Of a stretch of 64,000 nucleotides of DNA, positions 37,039 to 51,299 are shown piece after piece. Each line of letters opens with the position of its first letter. Position 1 is the first letter of the stretch. Source of the stretch: Azolla caroliniana (lineage: Eukaryota; Plantae; Polypodiophyta); the NCBI GenBank assembly GCA_043228905.1, contig JBHGNT010000006.1, forward strand, positions 23,126,001 through 23,190,000, read 5' to 3'. The position numbers and the translations under genes are program-made. Under the pieces are notes generated by a model. The model was not told where the DNA came from. It made no database searches and saw only the letters and a program-made list of their open reading frames with translations.

Positions 37039-38800
37039 CATGTATCAGAACTATGACTTCCCAAAGCTATGCCTTCCCCTTTAGACCCATCCGAGGAACT
37101 GGGAGATCTTTGTTAGGTGTCATCCTCATCATCACTAGCAACTACCGCATTGTCTTCATCCAGTTGCAATCTAAAGTCACCATGATTATGAAACATACTC
37201 CTTGTTCGCCTATGTCTTGCATTGAGAGACACATCTAGGATCTTCTCTTTTATTATCTTGATTGTGGTCTGTCTTAGATGGCCTATTTTGGTTAAGGGGA
37301 AGTCATACACTAGTATGTCTACATTATCAAGTGTCCGAGTAGACGTGTTCGGTAGATTTTTTCTTTTCCACTTTCTACTTGTGCCTTCGACATCCTTAAC
37401 CATCTCTAAAGAGTACTTCCCAGTAAATGCATCTGGGGAAGTGGTATGTCTTCATCCAGTTGCAATCTAATGTCTCCGTGATTATGAGACATACTCCTTA
37501 TTCGTCTGTGTGTTGCATCGAGAGACACATCTGGGATCTTCTCTTTTATTATCTTGATTGTAGTCTGTCTTAGATGGCCTGTTTTGGTCAAGGTGAAGTC
37601 ATACACTAGTATGTCTACATTATCAAGTGTTCGGTATATTTTTTTCTTTTCCGCTTTCTACTTGTGCTTTCTACTTGTGCCATCTCTAAAGAGTACTTCC
37701 CAGTAAATGCATCTGGGGAAGAGGTATGATACCAATGAACCACATTAGAGATAACTTTATTGCCTTATTTGTCCTCAATAATTTCGGCGATTTTACAAAT
37801 CCAAAAGGGATGGCCCAACTCATCACCCCTAGCTGATGTTGCAACCAACATACCAACTTGTAGCTCATGCAGATTGGGCTGCCATCTCGCCTTTGCAACA
37901 CGCGATATTCTTGGTCCCATGTAAATATCTCTCTGTCATGGACGAACTAGATTATTCAGGTTAAGATTATTCAGGTCCCATGTAACCAACTAGTAAGAAG
38001 TTGACCTTAATCGTTTTGAATATACCCCTGTCTAGTAGCATGCTTAAATAACCGAACACAATCCAATTTTTGTTTTCTCGTGCCGTGTTGTCTAGTTGGA
38101 CGTATAGTATTGGCGGGAGAATACATTGCCAAGACAGTAAACCTCTTTGCATGAATGTGACTGTAAGATTAGGGTTTTTGTGGATATTAGGATAAGTCAG
38201 GAACACTTGAGGCCTTATTGTTTGACAATACGACAGACAACCTACTCAGTGCATCTGCACTAGGCATTCATCTCTAATATCCTTCGGCAACCCTCGAAAG
38301 TGTGGAAAACAAGTTTTCTTTTGATCCATGCCATCTATAATCAAGAACATGTACCTTTTTGGTGATTGAAACGTTTTTTGTCAGTGTTGCATAGCTTTAT
38401 ATCTTTCCAACGCTTATCTTTCCCAATGTTCTTTTAATAATTTCTTATAATTCTTTATTTCTTCATCTGTTCTCCCACTCTTTGCCATGCTTTTTAAACT
38501 TGCACATACAGAACAAACACCCATTGGGACTTTACGCGGTATGACCACATTGTTAAACGACAACCTCCATAATCGATTAAAATGCGATATTGTATATAAG
38601 GTACACTTTCTAATAGCATGTCATTCTTATATGCTTGGTAAACCTCACGACAAGTGAAGTTATCTGACAAATGTAATCTTCCAGTTGTGGGCATAATATC
38701 ACATTGCCTTGAGAAATATATCTCCATCCACTTACCGGCATTGCACCCAATTAGACCCTTACATCCATATACTTTATTGTTGAAGGAGTCCTTGGATGTA
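37039..38800 (-). pseudogene. Sola-like transposase remnant, copy 2
   Basis: MPTTGRLHLSDN, IDGMDQKK, QLDNTARENKN and DILVYDFTLTK all match copy 1. Has frameshifts, a deletion and an internal duplication. Confidence 0.88.
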
Positions 38801-38804
38801 GACA

Positions 38805-39626
38805 GTAATCCTGATCGGCTTAGCCCAGTAGAATTTGGGCATGCTTTTCTCCTCAAGCATTTCCCTTGCCACATCGATAATCAACGAGTTCTTCCTCTTA
38901 GCCACATTGTTTTGTTCCGGTGTGTTCCTGCAACTGAATTTTCTCCGAATTCCTTCCTTCTACAGATAACTGATGAATTGGCCGAAAAAGTATTCTTTTC
39001 CACCATCCAACTGCAGGCACTTGATCTTCCTATCTGTTTCCTCTTCGACTAAACTTTGCAAGTTTCGGAAACAATTGAAAACTCCGTTTTCTTCTCGATA
39101 AGGTAGATCCACATGTCTCGGGTGTAGTCGTCGATGAAGGAGACAAAATATGAGCTCCCACCAAGACTAACGTTTGGTGCCAATCCCCATACATCCGAGT
39201 GTATTAGATCGAGCTTGTTACGGCTTTGGTTTCCTTCGGTGGGGAATGGAAACCAGTGTTGCTTCCCAAGCTAGACACAGATAGAAAGTAGGAGAGACAA
39301 AGAGAGCAGAATAGCATAAACTATATTAAATACTCTATACATAAGATGTTCTCAGTGAGCACTCTTTATACACGTACACAAGGGACTTATAGAAGTACTA
39401 TGTACTTCAATGCTCATACAAGCGGCTGGCAGTCATTACGATGCCATACCTACCTAGTAATCTAGAAACGTAGACCTCTAAATGGGCTACCGGTACACAC
39501 ATGGGTCTGGCTCTCTGATCCCGATCTAGCTCCTGGTTCCGGGTACTATCTGGACACCGATCCGGATATGATCCGGATTTGGCTTATCTAGCCGATCCGG
39601 ATCCGATTCAGCTTGCTTGCTCAACA
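38805..39626 (-). mobile_element. Deleted copia remnant (LTR part plus integrase)
   Basis: TGTTGA LTR start at 39626. Integrase HSDVWG, YFVSFIDDY, KIKCLQLDGGKEY and TPEQN. Confidence 0.8.
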
Positions 39627-41229
39627 CGGGTTTCATCAGAGTCAGTTTTCTCAGATATTTCTAGCACTTCCGGCCAGAAAAACGACTTTTCTCTAACTTG
39701 AGGGATGGACTTCCAACTTCTTCACCATTGCGATTTTGAGATTCTCGATCTGCTTCAGCAACTGCTCCACTGTGGTTGCATCAATTCCCTTCTCAATCAT
39801 ATTCTCTCGAGCCCATGGTTGATGGTCTTCCAAGCCAGCTCTTCGTATCGAAATTGGTTCCGAAACCCTCTTTTCTTCATTACTGAGCCCTTGCCCCCTC
39901 TTTGTGTATCGCGTGACGATTTTTCGCACATTTTCACATGTATTGGTGAGGCCACAACTCGTAAGAACATGATCACTTTGTCTGGTGCGAGGATAGTTTG
40001 ATCTCTCGTAGACAACCTCCCGAATCGACTTTCAAATGTTGAAAACACATCGAGAACCTTTAGTCCCTTGTCCAGTGTTTCCACCCAATCTTCGAATCCT
40101 CTTCGTGTTGCCTTGGAGGAGTCCTTGATAGTGAACGTAGTCTTTAATGCTTCTTCAAACGCCGCCGACATTGGATTTTTTTGTCGTATCCCGTGGATAC
40201 TCCCTTGAAGCCCATCCATAGCCACCTAATTGAAGGATTTAACTTGCAATAATTCCGATATTGCGCACTGTAGCATTTCCACCTTGTAGTACCGCAAATA
40301 ACGTGGCACATCCTTCCCGTTGAATTGCCCGTTCCATTGAATGATTTGCTCTATTGGCGCCGCACTCTCCAAAATCGCACGTTGTTCTTGTAGCATCCGT
40401 TCGAACATCGTCATCATGTTGTTAGCCTCTTGTTGATTCTCCATCTCCTAACCGCCCGTCTTCACGTTGGGTTCACCAAATGTGTCATGCCTTTTGGCGC
40501 CGGATTGTTGTATGAGTTGGGTGGGAACTGCCGAGGTTTTGGACTAGGAGGAGGAGATGCTTAAGTCTAATCAGAATATGAAAGAGAAAGGTAGGAATCT
40601 TGTGAATTTCATGAGTATAGAGAATTAGAATAATTAGTATTAAGAATCCAAGAAATCAATCCAACCTTTTCAATAAATTGGAAGAGAGATCGAAGAAAAT
40701 CGTGAGACAACCGCATAAAATGTATTCAATCAATATTTAGAAACCCAAAAATTGACAACAAGCCCTTACAATGTGCTCCACCATCCTTATATAGTGATGG
40801 GAGAGTCTAATTTTACCACATGCAAGCAACATGCCTTTTTCTAACTTAAGTGTTCATGCACACTACATGTCTATGATTAGCTTTTCATATCATGGTTTTC
40901 CTTTAACTCAAGTGGTGGTGCACACTACATGTGCATGTTTAGCTTTTTCTATAATACTTTTTCATTTAACTCGTGTGTGTATGCATGGATAACTTTCTCT
41001 ATCATCCTTATCTAGAATATTTAAGTGTGATAAAGTTTTTTTTGTATTTAATACTCATAATGTTAGTACAATGGTAAGGCTTGGAATTGTTAACGTGGAG
41101 GTATAGGGTTCAAAACTTGCCCTATGCATATAACATAATTATATTAGTGGTTTCTCCTGTTTCTTTATACTTAGTTAATCGGGTACTCCGTGTATATTCC
41201 ATGTAGTATATACGAAATATACTACGACA
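39627..41229 (-). mobile_element. Trp-PBS LTR element 5' part (LTR 40483-41229, PBS 40462-40478, gag-like ORF)
   Basis: PBS TGGTGAACCCAACGTGA. ORF MENQQEANNMM...FNGKDV. Confidence 0.8.
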
Positions 41230-41230
41230 A

Positions 41231-44200
41231 TGTAAAGTCCAACGTTTTCATTTGCCTATCGGTTCGATTCAAAGGCCGCCTGTCGATCCTATGACACGGA
41301 GATGGTCATCAGAAATTAGAGAACCACATTTTGTGCACATGCAAAACCTTAAGAGTAAAATGAAGATTAATCTGCACGCCACAGTAGTACCTTTCCTGGC
41401 AATGGTGGATCCTGACCAATGCCCCACCACTGTTGATTTTAAGTATCGTTCAGCTGATGACTATAGTTACTACGTTATTGGAGGATCATATTCGGCTGAA
41501 GTTCGATGACAACTCAAACCCCGTTCTTCAAATATGCATAATGCAAAGTCTATGCCAGTCTTACACATGAAGAGGCCAAGTTATTAGCTTGGAACCACAA
41601 TAATGAGAATAATTATAGAAAAAATAAGTATCGTATCGATCGAATAAGATTTTTTCACCACGAGTACCTCGATGTATTGCAAAGATTGGGTCCTAGGCTA
41701 CATCCAAATCTGCATCGACAATGTCTGCTGGAGGTGGGTATAGCGGTTGATGAAAGCACGAGGTCGGAAGGATTGAGGAAATATGACTCGTGATTTGAAC
41801 TAGCCTTTAGAATAAGGGAGGTTTGGATTTGCAAGACAAAATATTTAGCATGTCGGAGTGGAAAGAGGTGAAAGGACAACGGTCAAAGAAGGCCAAATTC
41901 GATCCATAGGTGGAAATGAAGTCAAAGTCACGTAAAAGTGATTCGATTATAGAGGAGCGCCCTGATGATATGGAGTTGCTCCCTTGGTGGTCTTTACAAG
42001 GCATTAATGACGCAAGGTTATTAATTTCTGTACTTTCACGAGTAGTCACCAAGGAGTTTAGCTTGGATGAGATGGTTACTAAATTTCAGAAGTAAGTATT
42101 ATTCATAGGTTCTTCTTTGATTGGTTTCTTAGGAGGAAGTTGAATAGGCATACCCAATGACATCATCATATACTTTACTTATACAATATAATAATGCATA
42201 GATGGAATGTAACTCAATTGGGAAGGTTACCCAATAAGACCAAGAGGTCATGGGTTTAACCCCCTACATCCCATCGTGTCTACTCACGGTTGGCTTATGT
42301 GGGTATCGTTGATGAAAATCGTGAATGCCCTCCGGAGCATTTTGTAAATGTGTAACTGGTTCCCATGTGGCGTCCGAAATGGGGTACCCTTTCCATAAGA
42401 CCAAATATTGGAGTTGTCGACGACGATATCGACTGTCACAGACGTAGACGAGGGCAAGGACAAGTAGGGGAGCTTAATATTAAGAAAGAGAGAAAGATAG
42501 ATATATAGATAGAGAGGAGCATAGACAAGAGAACGAGAGAGAGAGAGAGAGGGTAGACAAAAGAACGAGAACTAAATTATGCTTCTGTAACTGGTGTTGT
42601 TCACCTTGATTATAATCAAGGTGCACCGAAGTATTTATACAAGAATGTGGTGGTATGCATGTATGCTATGAAACATCTAGAGAATGCATGGAAACTTCTA
42701 GAGAGTGCATGTCTATGCATTCTCTAGAAGTTTCTTGAAAGTTCTAGTGATTAACTTACAATGTAATAAGCTGAAACTTATACAATATAATAATGCATAG
42801 ATCGAATGCAACTCAATTGGTAAGGTTGCCCAATAAGACCAAGAGTTCATGGGTTCAACCCCCTACATTCCATCATGTCTATGACATTATCCTCCCTCTA
42901 AGGCCGCCTCCTGGGACTCACGGCTGGCTTATGTGGGTATCGTTGATGAAAATCACGAATGGCCTCCAAAATGGGGTACCTTTTCCGTAAGACCAAATAT
43001 TGGAGCTGTCAACGATGATATCGAGAGTCGAGGATTTGGTCAACCTCATATTCTTCGCCCGTCGACAATTCCACAAGTGGCGGTGGAGGAGGGTGTCATT
43101 CTGGAATTCGAGAAGGATGGTAGAGTTCGAGGAGGGAAACGTGAAAAACATCGTGAATCCTGAATGTTGGAGGAAATGCTAACCGGAAGGCGATTGGGTT
43201 GATCCGCTCGATGATACAAAAGGGGCCTAGTCTTTTGTAGTCCAATTTTGCACAAGGACGTGTGGTGGCAATGTGACGACGTAACAACCAAACCATGTCC
43301 CCGATTGCAAATGTTAGTGCAGTTAAGCGATGTCGGTCCGCTTGATCGTTATAGTGGTCACCAGCAACATGGAGCTCCAAGGAGAGGTCACGATGGACAT
43401 CGTGCAAAGCGTGGGCACGCGTCTCTGCCGAAGGATTGACCGAAGTTGCAGGTATGGAAATGTTGAAACGAGGGTGAAATCCATAGTTTGCAAAGAAGGG
43501 GGAAACCTTAGTCGAATCATGGATACTATTATTGTAAACAAATTCCGCCATTGCAAGGAAGTCCACCCAATCCTCCTGTTGGTAGCTCTCATGGTACACC
43601 GAAGGTATTGTTCAAGGATTTGGTTGACTTGCTCTGTTTGTCCATCAGTTTGAGGATGCTATGCTAAGGACAAGTTGACAAAAGTCCCAAATGTTTGTAG
43701 AAGTCGTCGCCAACTGTGGGAAATGAATTGAGAACCTCGATCAGAGGTGATATCCTCGGGTAAGTCGTATAATCGAACAACGTTTTTAAGAAAAAGATCA
43801 ACAGTCTCTTCCCCGGAAATGGTTTTGGAACATGGAACAAAGTAAGCCATCTTCGAAAACCGATCGACAATGACTAGCACCGTGTCATGTCCACCAACCA
43901 CAGGGAGGTCGGTGATAAAGTCCATGGATAGAGAGACCCATGGTCGACATGGAATGGGGAGCGGGTGGAGAAGACCATATGGCCGATGGTGAGGCGTTTT
44001 GGACCGAGCACATACATCACATGTCTTGATAAATTCGTTGACAAATTTCCAAGGTTGGGGCCACCAAAACCCTCGAGATAGCAATTCCGAGGTTTTCGTA
44101 ACCCCAAAGTGGTCGGCAAGAGGATCATCATGACAGTTTTGTAGAACCCATGTACGACATGATCCTTCGGGAATGTACAAGAGATGATTATGATATAGTA

Positions 44201-46949
44201 ACCCATCCTGGGTTGTAAATTGGTTGAGATATGAGCTTTTCATGTCCGAAGATGGGTCATTAATGTGGCCCATGATTTCTTTGGCGAATGGGTCTGACAC
44301 GGTTGCCGTGGCAATCTCGTTGAGCAAAGAATCATCATGTAACATGCAGGTGGCGAACATCTGAAGTTGATCGGGCCGCAACAAACAATGGGATTGTTTT
44401 GAATATGCATCATCAACTAGGCGCAATGCAAAATCAGGTCGTCGAGAGAGGGCATCATCTTTCCCATGTTGAACTCCAGGTCGAAACTAGATCTCAAAGT
44501 CGCAGTCGGCAAGAAAAGATGACCATCAGGCTTGCCTCCAATTCAATGTATGACTGGTGGTGAAGTAAATTAGATTTTTATGGTCGGTCAGCACTTGGAT
44601 GCGATGTTGGGCCCCAGCCAAATAGGGTCGCCATTCGGTGAAGGCAGATATGATTGCTGCCAACTCCTTGTTGTAGACTGGATAATTGATTTCCGGGGTG
44701 GTAAACTTCCAAGAGTAGAAGGCAACAGGACGTAGTGTGCCCTCGTCGTTTGGTTGGGATAGGACAGTTCCAATGGCAAAGTCAGAGGCATCGGTTTTGA
44801 CTTGGAAGGGCCTTGTGGGGTCAGGGTGAACCAACCTTGAGGGCATCAAAACCACGTTGCACCACAGAGGTCCAACGAAATGGAGTATGTTTTCTTGTAA
44901 GGATGATTAGAGGTTGTACTAAAGATGAAAAACGATTGATAAATCGTCAATAGAAATTTGCAAAACCAAGAAATGATTGTACCTCTTTCAACTGAGTAGG
45001 GACAGGCCAATCGGTGATTGCCGCTACCTTGCGTGTATCCATTGTGATCCCGGAGGGTGAAATCATGTAGCCGAGGAATTCGACAGAGGCCCGATCGAAT
45101 TCACATTTCTCACTTTTGGCGTAAAGTCCATGTTCTAGAAGTTTGGATAGGACCAATCAAACGTGTTGGGTGAGCTCCTCAATGTTGGAAGGAAAAACTA
45201 AAATGTCGTCAAGGTAGATCACCACGAAGTGATCGAGATACTCCCGAAATATATTGTTCATCATGTGCTGAAAGACCGTAGGGGTATTGGTGAGACCAAA
45301 AGGCATCACCTTGTACTCGAAATGTCCATAGCATGTTCGAAAGGTCATTTTCCACTCGTCTCCTGGCTTACGATTACATAGTGTAATTTTGTTGAGACCC
45401 CGATAATCCACACATAGGCATAATGAGCCGTCCTTCTTGAAAAATAAGATTGGGGCTCCATCTGGTGATTTGGAGGGTTGAATGAAGCCCTTGGCGAGGT
45501 TTTCATCCAGATATGTGAGAAGGGCCTCAAGTTAGGGTTTAGATAGCCCATAGATGGGCCCAAATGGTGGGTGTGCGCCATCTTGGAGTTCGATTGGGCA
45601 ATCATAGGGGCGATGTGATAGTAAGTATCGTTATACTTTTATTTAAATTGTTTATCTTGGCTTGCCCTAACCAAATTGATAATTGCATAAACCTCCTCGT
45701 TCCAAAATAATTGGAGACAGTAATGAAGGTATTCCAAGCTTGTTCATTACACATTTGGAACGAGAAAAGTATGAAAAAAGAATGACAAAACGAAAGGAGT
45801 TGGAAGTGCCTAAAGGTTCAGAGACAGTGAAAAGTTTCCTACACAGATCTGACCCTTTCTGACAACTACATTAAACACTGTTCAACGAGGAAGTGGGTAA
45901 TATGCTAAACATATTACCCAAGAGGCACTATACTTTACTGATTGCTAACATTCCATATGGATTCCAGATCATGGGATCAATGTACGATAATGTGCCATAC
46001 AAATATCCCCCATGTAAAGAAAATGGTGAAAGACATCGCCGAGTTGACCCTTGCACCTTTATGGAGACTCATAATATTCCATAGCATGGGCCAATTATTG
46101 CCTGTCACAACAGCTTTAAAGTCAAGATGTCACGCAACAGAACATATGCATTGGTAAGCAACAAGGTATTTTGATTTACTATTATAAATGTTGTTTTAAT
46201 ATGTTGCAAACTGTATTCTTAAAACAATCGTATGATGTTAATAGGCTTAAAACTAATATCACACATACTCTGGGTGATCGAGTGGTTAGTGGGGTTGAAC
46301 ATCTTTGTGTGGGGTGGTACGATGTAATTACGAAGAAGAAGGCTTGGGCACATGTCAATGAAAGAAATGTTGTAAACTACATCATGTGCCTAGTGGTAAC
46401 AAAGAAGTTATGTCATGTATCTAGCGATATGAGCCTGGTGAACCAATATTAAACACCACAAAAACTAATGAACCGCCTAATCGAGCTGTTTTCAAACCCA
46501 AATGATTGGGTTTTAGATTTGTTTTTTGGCACATCAACTTAGATTAACGTATAGTCAATTCTTCAGTATGATGTCACATGTGCAATTTCATTCTACTGTC
46601 AAGTAGTACTACAACATGTGCCTTAAAGATGTTCAGGAACTCTGTTGCATTAGAGAAGAACCCTGCGCAGGTTAATTTCATCAAAATGAGGATCCAAGGT
46701 ATCTAGCACTATCTTGATCAAGACTAAGAAGTTGGGGAAAACCATATCAATGAAACTGAGATGTTTCAAATGACTTCTAGAGAACCTATGGAACCTGTAG
46801 ATGAAGAAGCAGGGGATCTTGTTGAATTAGAATACGTGTTAAAGTCTGAACATACTAACGATTCAACTGAGCGTACCAACGAACTAGCCAATGAGGACAA
46901 TCCTGATGAAAGAGCTAATCTTGAAGAGGTAGCTTATGTGTTGGATTGA
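41231..46949 (+). pseudogene. ParB-like/methyltransferase pseudogene, copy 2
   Basis: YYVIGGSYSAEVR, AKLLAWNHN, IANIPYG, WLKTN, WVLDLFFGT and CALKMFRNSVALEK. Splice sites at 42091/42092, 46153/46154 and 46244/46245 are at the same positions as in copy 1. Interrupted by gypsy sequence at about 42180-45622. Confidence 0.88.
42434..45622 (-). mobile_element. Gypsy chromovirus, 5'-truncated
   Basis: 3' LTR 42434-42886, PPT, chromodomain, integrase, RNase H and RT (YLDDIL). A partial duplicate lies at about 42180-42433. Confidence 0.9.
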
Positions 46950-49389
46950 ATGCATATGGCTTATTGTAAAATTTGAAAAATATGAATTGTTAACTTTTGA
47001 CGTAATATATAAGTTGATCTTATTTATAATTTTTGTGTAACACACAATGAACTTAGAGATTAAATATAATTTGTATGTGTACATGTTGTCTAAAGTCTCC
47101 TTTATCGTATGGGGTATATGGGAGATAAAATTATAGTCTATCATTTACTCGTATGATTAGAATGATATTGTAGACTAGTTTATTATTGACGGTGTTATGT
47201 ATCACATGTCAATGGAATTTTTCTCTCCACATAGTAGTATCTCTTAATTGCAAGGTTCACAATTTGCTTTAAGATATATTATATATAAATATACGCACAT
47301 AATTAGAAGAAATCACTTATTTAATGGGTTATGCTTTTTCGAATATGCACAATGTGTTACTATTATACTTGCGTTGACGACTATACCCTTGTCAAATATT
47401 TGGACAAAAACATGGTAGATAGAATGTTTGTTGAATAATTTTGTTGTCGTGATATTAGTTAGTTCTATTTTTCGCTATGTTTTCATAAACCACATACGCA
47501 TGCATCGTGCATTTTTTAAATTCTGCTTAAATAAGGCATGTTTTAACATCTCTCTAAGATATGAAAATAAAAGAATGTGACATATTACCTGTTTCAAATG
47601 ACCCGGTGTTAACTATGTCTGTCCCTAAAGTAGCACCTCACTCACCTTGTCAACCAAGGTTCAATGGAAAGTGACTAACATGAAACTTCCATTTCACCAT
47701 CTCATATAAACTCAGCAAGCAATTAACATGTAGTTTCAATGTCACAATCTAGTGCATATAGGTGAATACTCCGCTCTTTGTAATCTAGGAATTACTAAAT
47801 ATGTATTTACTATTTGTAGATTGAGAGAAAAAGAAAACGTCTTGAAAATGTGTTCAAATGTGGTTAAGAAATTAAAAAGAAGTTCTTGCAACAACAATAT
47901 GGTGGAGGTTACCCATTTGCCTAAAAGTTATTGCCATAGCCTACACAGAAGGACAAGATAAACTTTCTAGCACACTAATACACAAAAGTCTTGGCCGGCT
48001 CTCTTGGAAGTCTTGCACCAATCCCTTCGCTCTAGAATCACAATTGGGAGGTGAGGAAGAAGTGGCCGAACAATTGTAATTCTTGTAGTAAAACTATAGA
48101 CAACAAAGAAAAAGAAACAAAACAGAGACAACTCACAGAATCATTTAGTGGCATATCCAAAAAATTGATTTGGCCTTTTACACTATGTATCATACACAAT
48201 CATGATTTGACTACTTTCGATATTCCATGGAAAACCATGTACTAACGTCTACATTAACTATAATTGTATTGTTGCCCTCTGAGTTATCCATACACATCTA
48301 AGTTGGTGTCACACCTCAAGGTACTAAACCTAACCCCCAAGAATTTAGTTGGATTATGGTCTTGTTGTAGCCTCTTATCAACTTATTTTCTTGGAGCTTT
48401 TCGTATGTTATTCTATGGTTTTATCTTGACTCGGATTGTACCCAAGTCTCTTGTGAGGTTTGTCATCCATGGTAGGCTCATATGTTGTAAATCCACTTGT
48501 GGGAGAATCCCTTTCATACATGATGTGTTTCAATATGCACGATGAAATGCATGTCATAAAAACTTAACTTTGCAAAACACCTTTTTTGCTGGCATAGATA
48601 GGAAGAGAAAACAATATACTAGTAACTACATAGAAAGTGAGAAAATTCAATGAAGAAGAAACTATGTTTCATAAATGGATTAAAGGCAATGGATACGAAG
48701 GAAAATTGCTCCTAAATGAATAAAAAGAGAGAGATAGTGATTTTCTTGAAAATGAACTTTACCAACACATATATTGTAGCTCATTGCACACGTAAAGAGC
48801 CGCACGCAACCTATAAAAGAGCAGGTAGGTAACATCCAAAAGAGCAGTTTACCTAACTGGATTCGTCTTCCAAAAGTATAAGGGTTCAACTGAAGCTCAA
48901 AGAAAATGTCAAGTGGACTTTAAGAAATGGTGGCGAGGGCTTCACTTATTTTCAGATATGCCATACCTTCTTTTTTATTGCATAGCTTGTAGATTGTGCT
49001 CCATTCATTTCTTATATGATATCATATGTTTGATCAGATGTTGATATCAGCTTTTTTATTACAATAGAGCTGAGATGAAATGTCTCCTTCTGTTTTCTAT
49101 ATGTACATTTCTCAAGTAATATACTAAGGCGTATATATCTTGGGGAAAAAAAATCCAAGATTGTGGAATATACATAGTGTACGAGGTGTAATTTTATGGT
49201 GGACATTGCCAAGAGATTGAGTTCTTCCCCGTCATCATTGATCATGCCTTCAGGTCTCTTGGCTTCACCACTCGGTGACCATAATTTGTTTCTTTCAATC
49301 AGAACATCTCTCATCTACTTCTTTGACAAACCAAAATTGGATCCGTCAAACTTGCGAATCTCAAGGTGGTGTTTTCTACTAATAGAGTG

Positions 49390-50880
49390 ATTTCTTTAGG
49401 CACTAAAGGAACCACCACGTGAGGTATTCGAAACCTCAAACATTTTGAAGCCATTATATGGTAATGAGACTTAGTGAATTGCAGCCTTAAGCACCTAAGA
49501 ATAGTTGGGATGCTTCTTGCTAGTTGATTTCAAGCACAACTTTCACCATGAGCAAAAATGATGTCTACACAACTATCAGCATGGGCCGAAAAAGGAACTC
49601 TGTATGTTCCTAGAGTAACACTTCACTCATATGTTAGCCAAGGATCATTGGAAAGTGACTAACACGAAACTTCCATTTCACAATCTCACATTAAGTCAAT
49701 AACCATGTAACATGTAGTCTCTATGTCACAATCTAGTGCACATAGCCGAATACTCCTCTTTTTGTAATCTAGGAATCAGTAAATATGTATTTACTATTTG
49801 TAGATTGAGAGAAAAAAAAACTCTTGAAAATGTGTTGAAATGTGGCTGAGAAGTTAAAAATAAGTTCTTCCAACAACAAGAATGTGGTGGAGGTCACCTC
49901 ACTTGCATAAAAGTTATTGCAACATCCTACACATAGAAGGAAAAGATACAATTTCTACCACCTTGATACACAGAAGTCTTGCACCAACCTCTGCCACCAT
50001 TGTGGGGTGTTGAGGAGGAAGTGACCGAGCAGTTGTTATTCTTGCAATACAACAATAGACAACTGAGAACAAGAAACAAAACGGACATGACTCACAAAAT
50101 CTTTTAGCGGGATACCCAAAAAACCGATTTGACCTTTCACATTGTATCATACACAATTATTGGAAATATAATATGATCAAAATCACGTATTATGAGCCTT
50201 CTCGGCTTAATTATAAAAGAAGATAATTTAATGCCAGAAGGGTAATAATTATGTAATATTGTTTCTTAGTGTAGTGGTTTCCAAAAACATGTCAAAAGTG
50301 GATTCCCATGTCTCTCTATGGAGAGTTTTTTGTGCAACTCTATCTCATGAGTTGACTACTTTGGACATTCCATTGAAAACCATGTACTAAGTTGGTTGTA
50401 TTGTAGCCCTCTAGGTTGTGCATACACATCTAAGTTTGGCGCACATCTCAAGGTACTAAACGTAACCCGCAACTATTTAGTTGGATTATGGTCTTATTGT
50501 AGGCTCTTCTCATCTTATTTTCTTCTCTTACAGTAAGTTATTCTATGGTTTTATCGTGTCTCTTGCGAGGTTTGTCATCCATGATAGGTTTATATGTTGT
50601 AAATCCACTTGTGGGAGAATCCCTTTCATGCATGATTTGTTTATAAGCAAAACCTATTTTTTGTTGGCAGAAATAGTAAGAGAAAACAATATACATAATA
50701 CTACATGAAAAGACACAAAGTCAAAGTAGAAGAAGAAATTATGTTCATAAATAGATCAAAGTAAATGGATAAGGAAAACTATTCCTAAATGAATGGAACA
50801 GAGAGAGATAATGATGGCAATATTCGAAATGAAGTTTGCCGATATATCAAGAGCCACACGCAACTTATAAAAGAGCAGGT
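49390..50880. repeat. Duplicate of 36530-36742 plus 47611-48830 (P450 upstream region)
   Basis: Collinear similarity ending at GAGCC(A/G)CACGCAAC(T/C)TATAAAAGAGCAGGTA (TATA at 48812 and 50866). Confidence 0.85.
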
Positions 50881-50925
50881 ATGAAGATAATCTATGTATC
50901 AATAGCCAGAGAGAGAGAGAGGGGA

Positions 50926-51296
50926 ATGGAAGAGTGGTGGTCATTATGGGCACTCCTATTTCTGGGCATCCTGGGATGGGTGCTCGTATTGCAGTATGTC
51001 CACCAAACCAGCCGTCTAAACAGCATATGGAAGATGAAGAGGAGGAGCAGTCCTGAGCTCCTCCTTATACCTCCTCCTCTTCCATCACCTCCAGGGCGCT
51101 TACCTCTCCTAGGACATCTACACCACTTACTTTTGTCCGGAAAACCTCTACACCTATGGCTGCATCACCTGTCCACACAATATGGCCCCATCCTCTCCTT
51201 CCAAATGGGTTCTATCCCCTTCCTCCTAGTCTCGTCTCCCGACATGGCCCGCCTCGTCTTGCATACCCATGACCTTACATTCGCTTCGTGCCCCTA
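50926..51296 (+). pseudogene. Cytochrome P450 (CYP71-clan-like) N-terminal fragment
   Basis: Membrane anchor, PPGRLPLLGHLH, YGPILSFQMG and VSSPDMARLVLHTHDLTFAS. No downstream P450 sequence was recognised. Confidence 0.88.
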
Positions 51297-51299
51297 TTC

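Larger units (their letters stand above)
36743..47610. mobile_element. DNA transposon copy 2 (same architecture, opposite orientation, decayed)
   Basis: 30-bp TIRs at 36743-36772 and 47581-47610 (AACACCG..., 3 mismatches). AACT TSD at 36739-36742 and 47611-47614. Empty paralogous site at 49596-49599. Confidence 0.92.
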
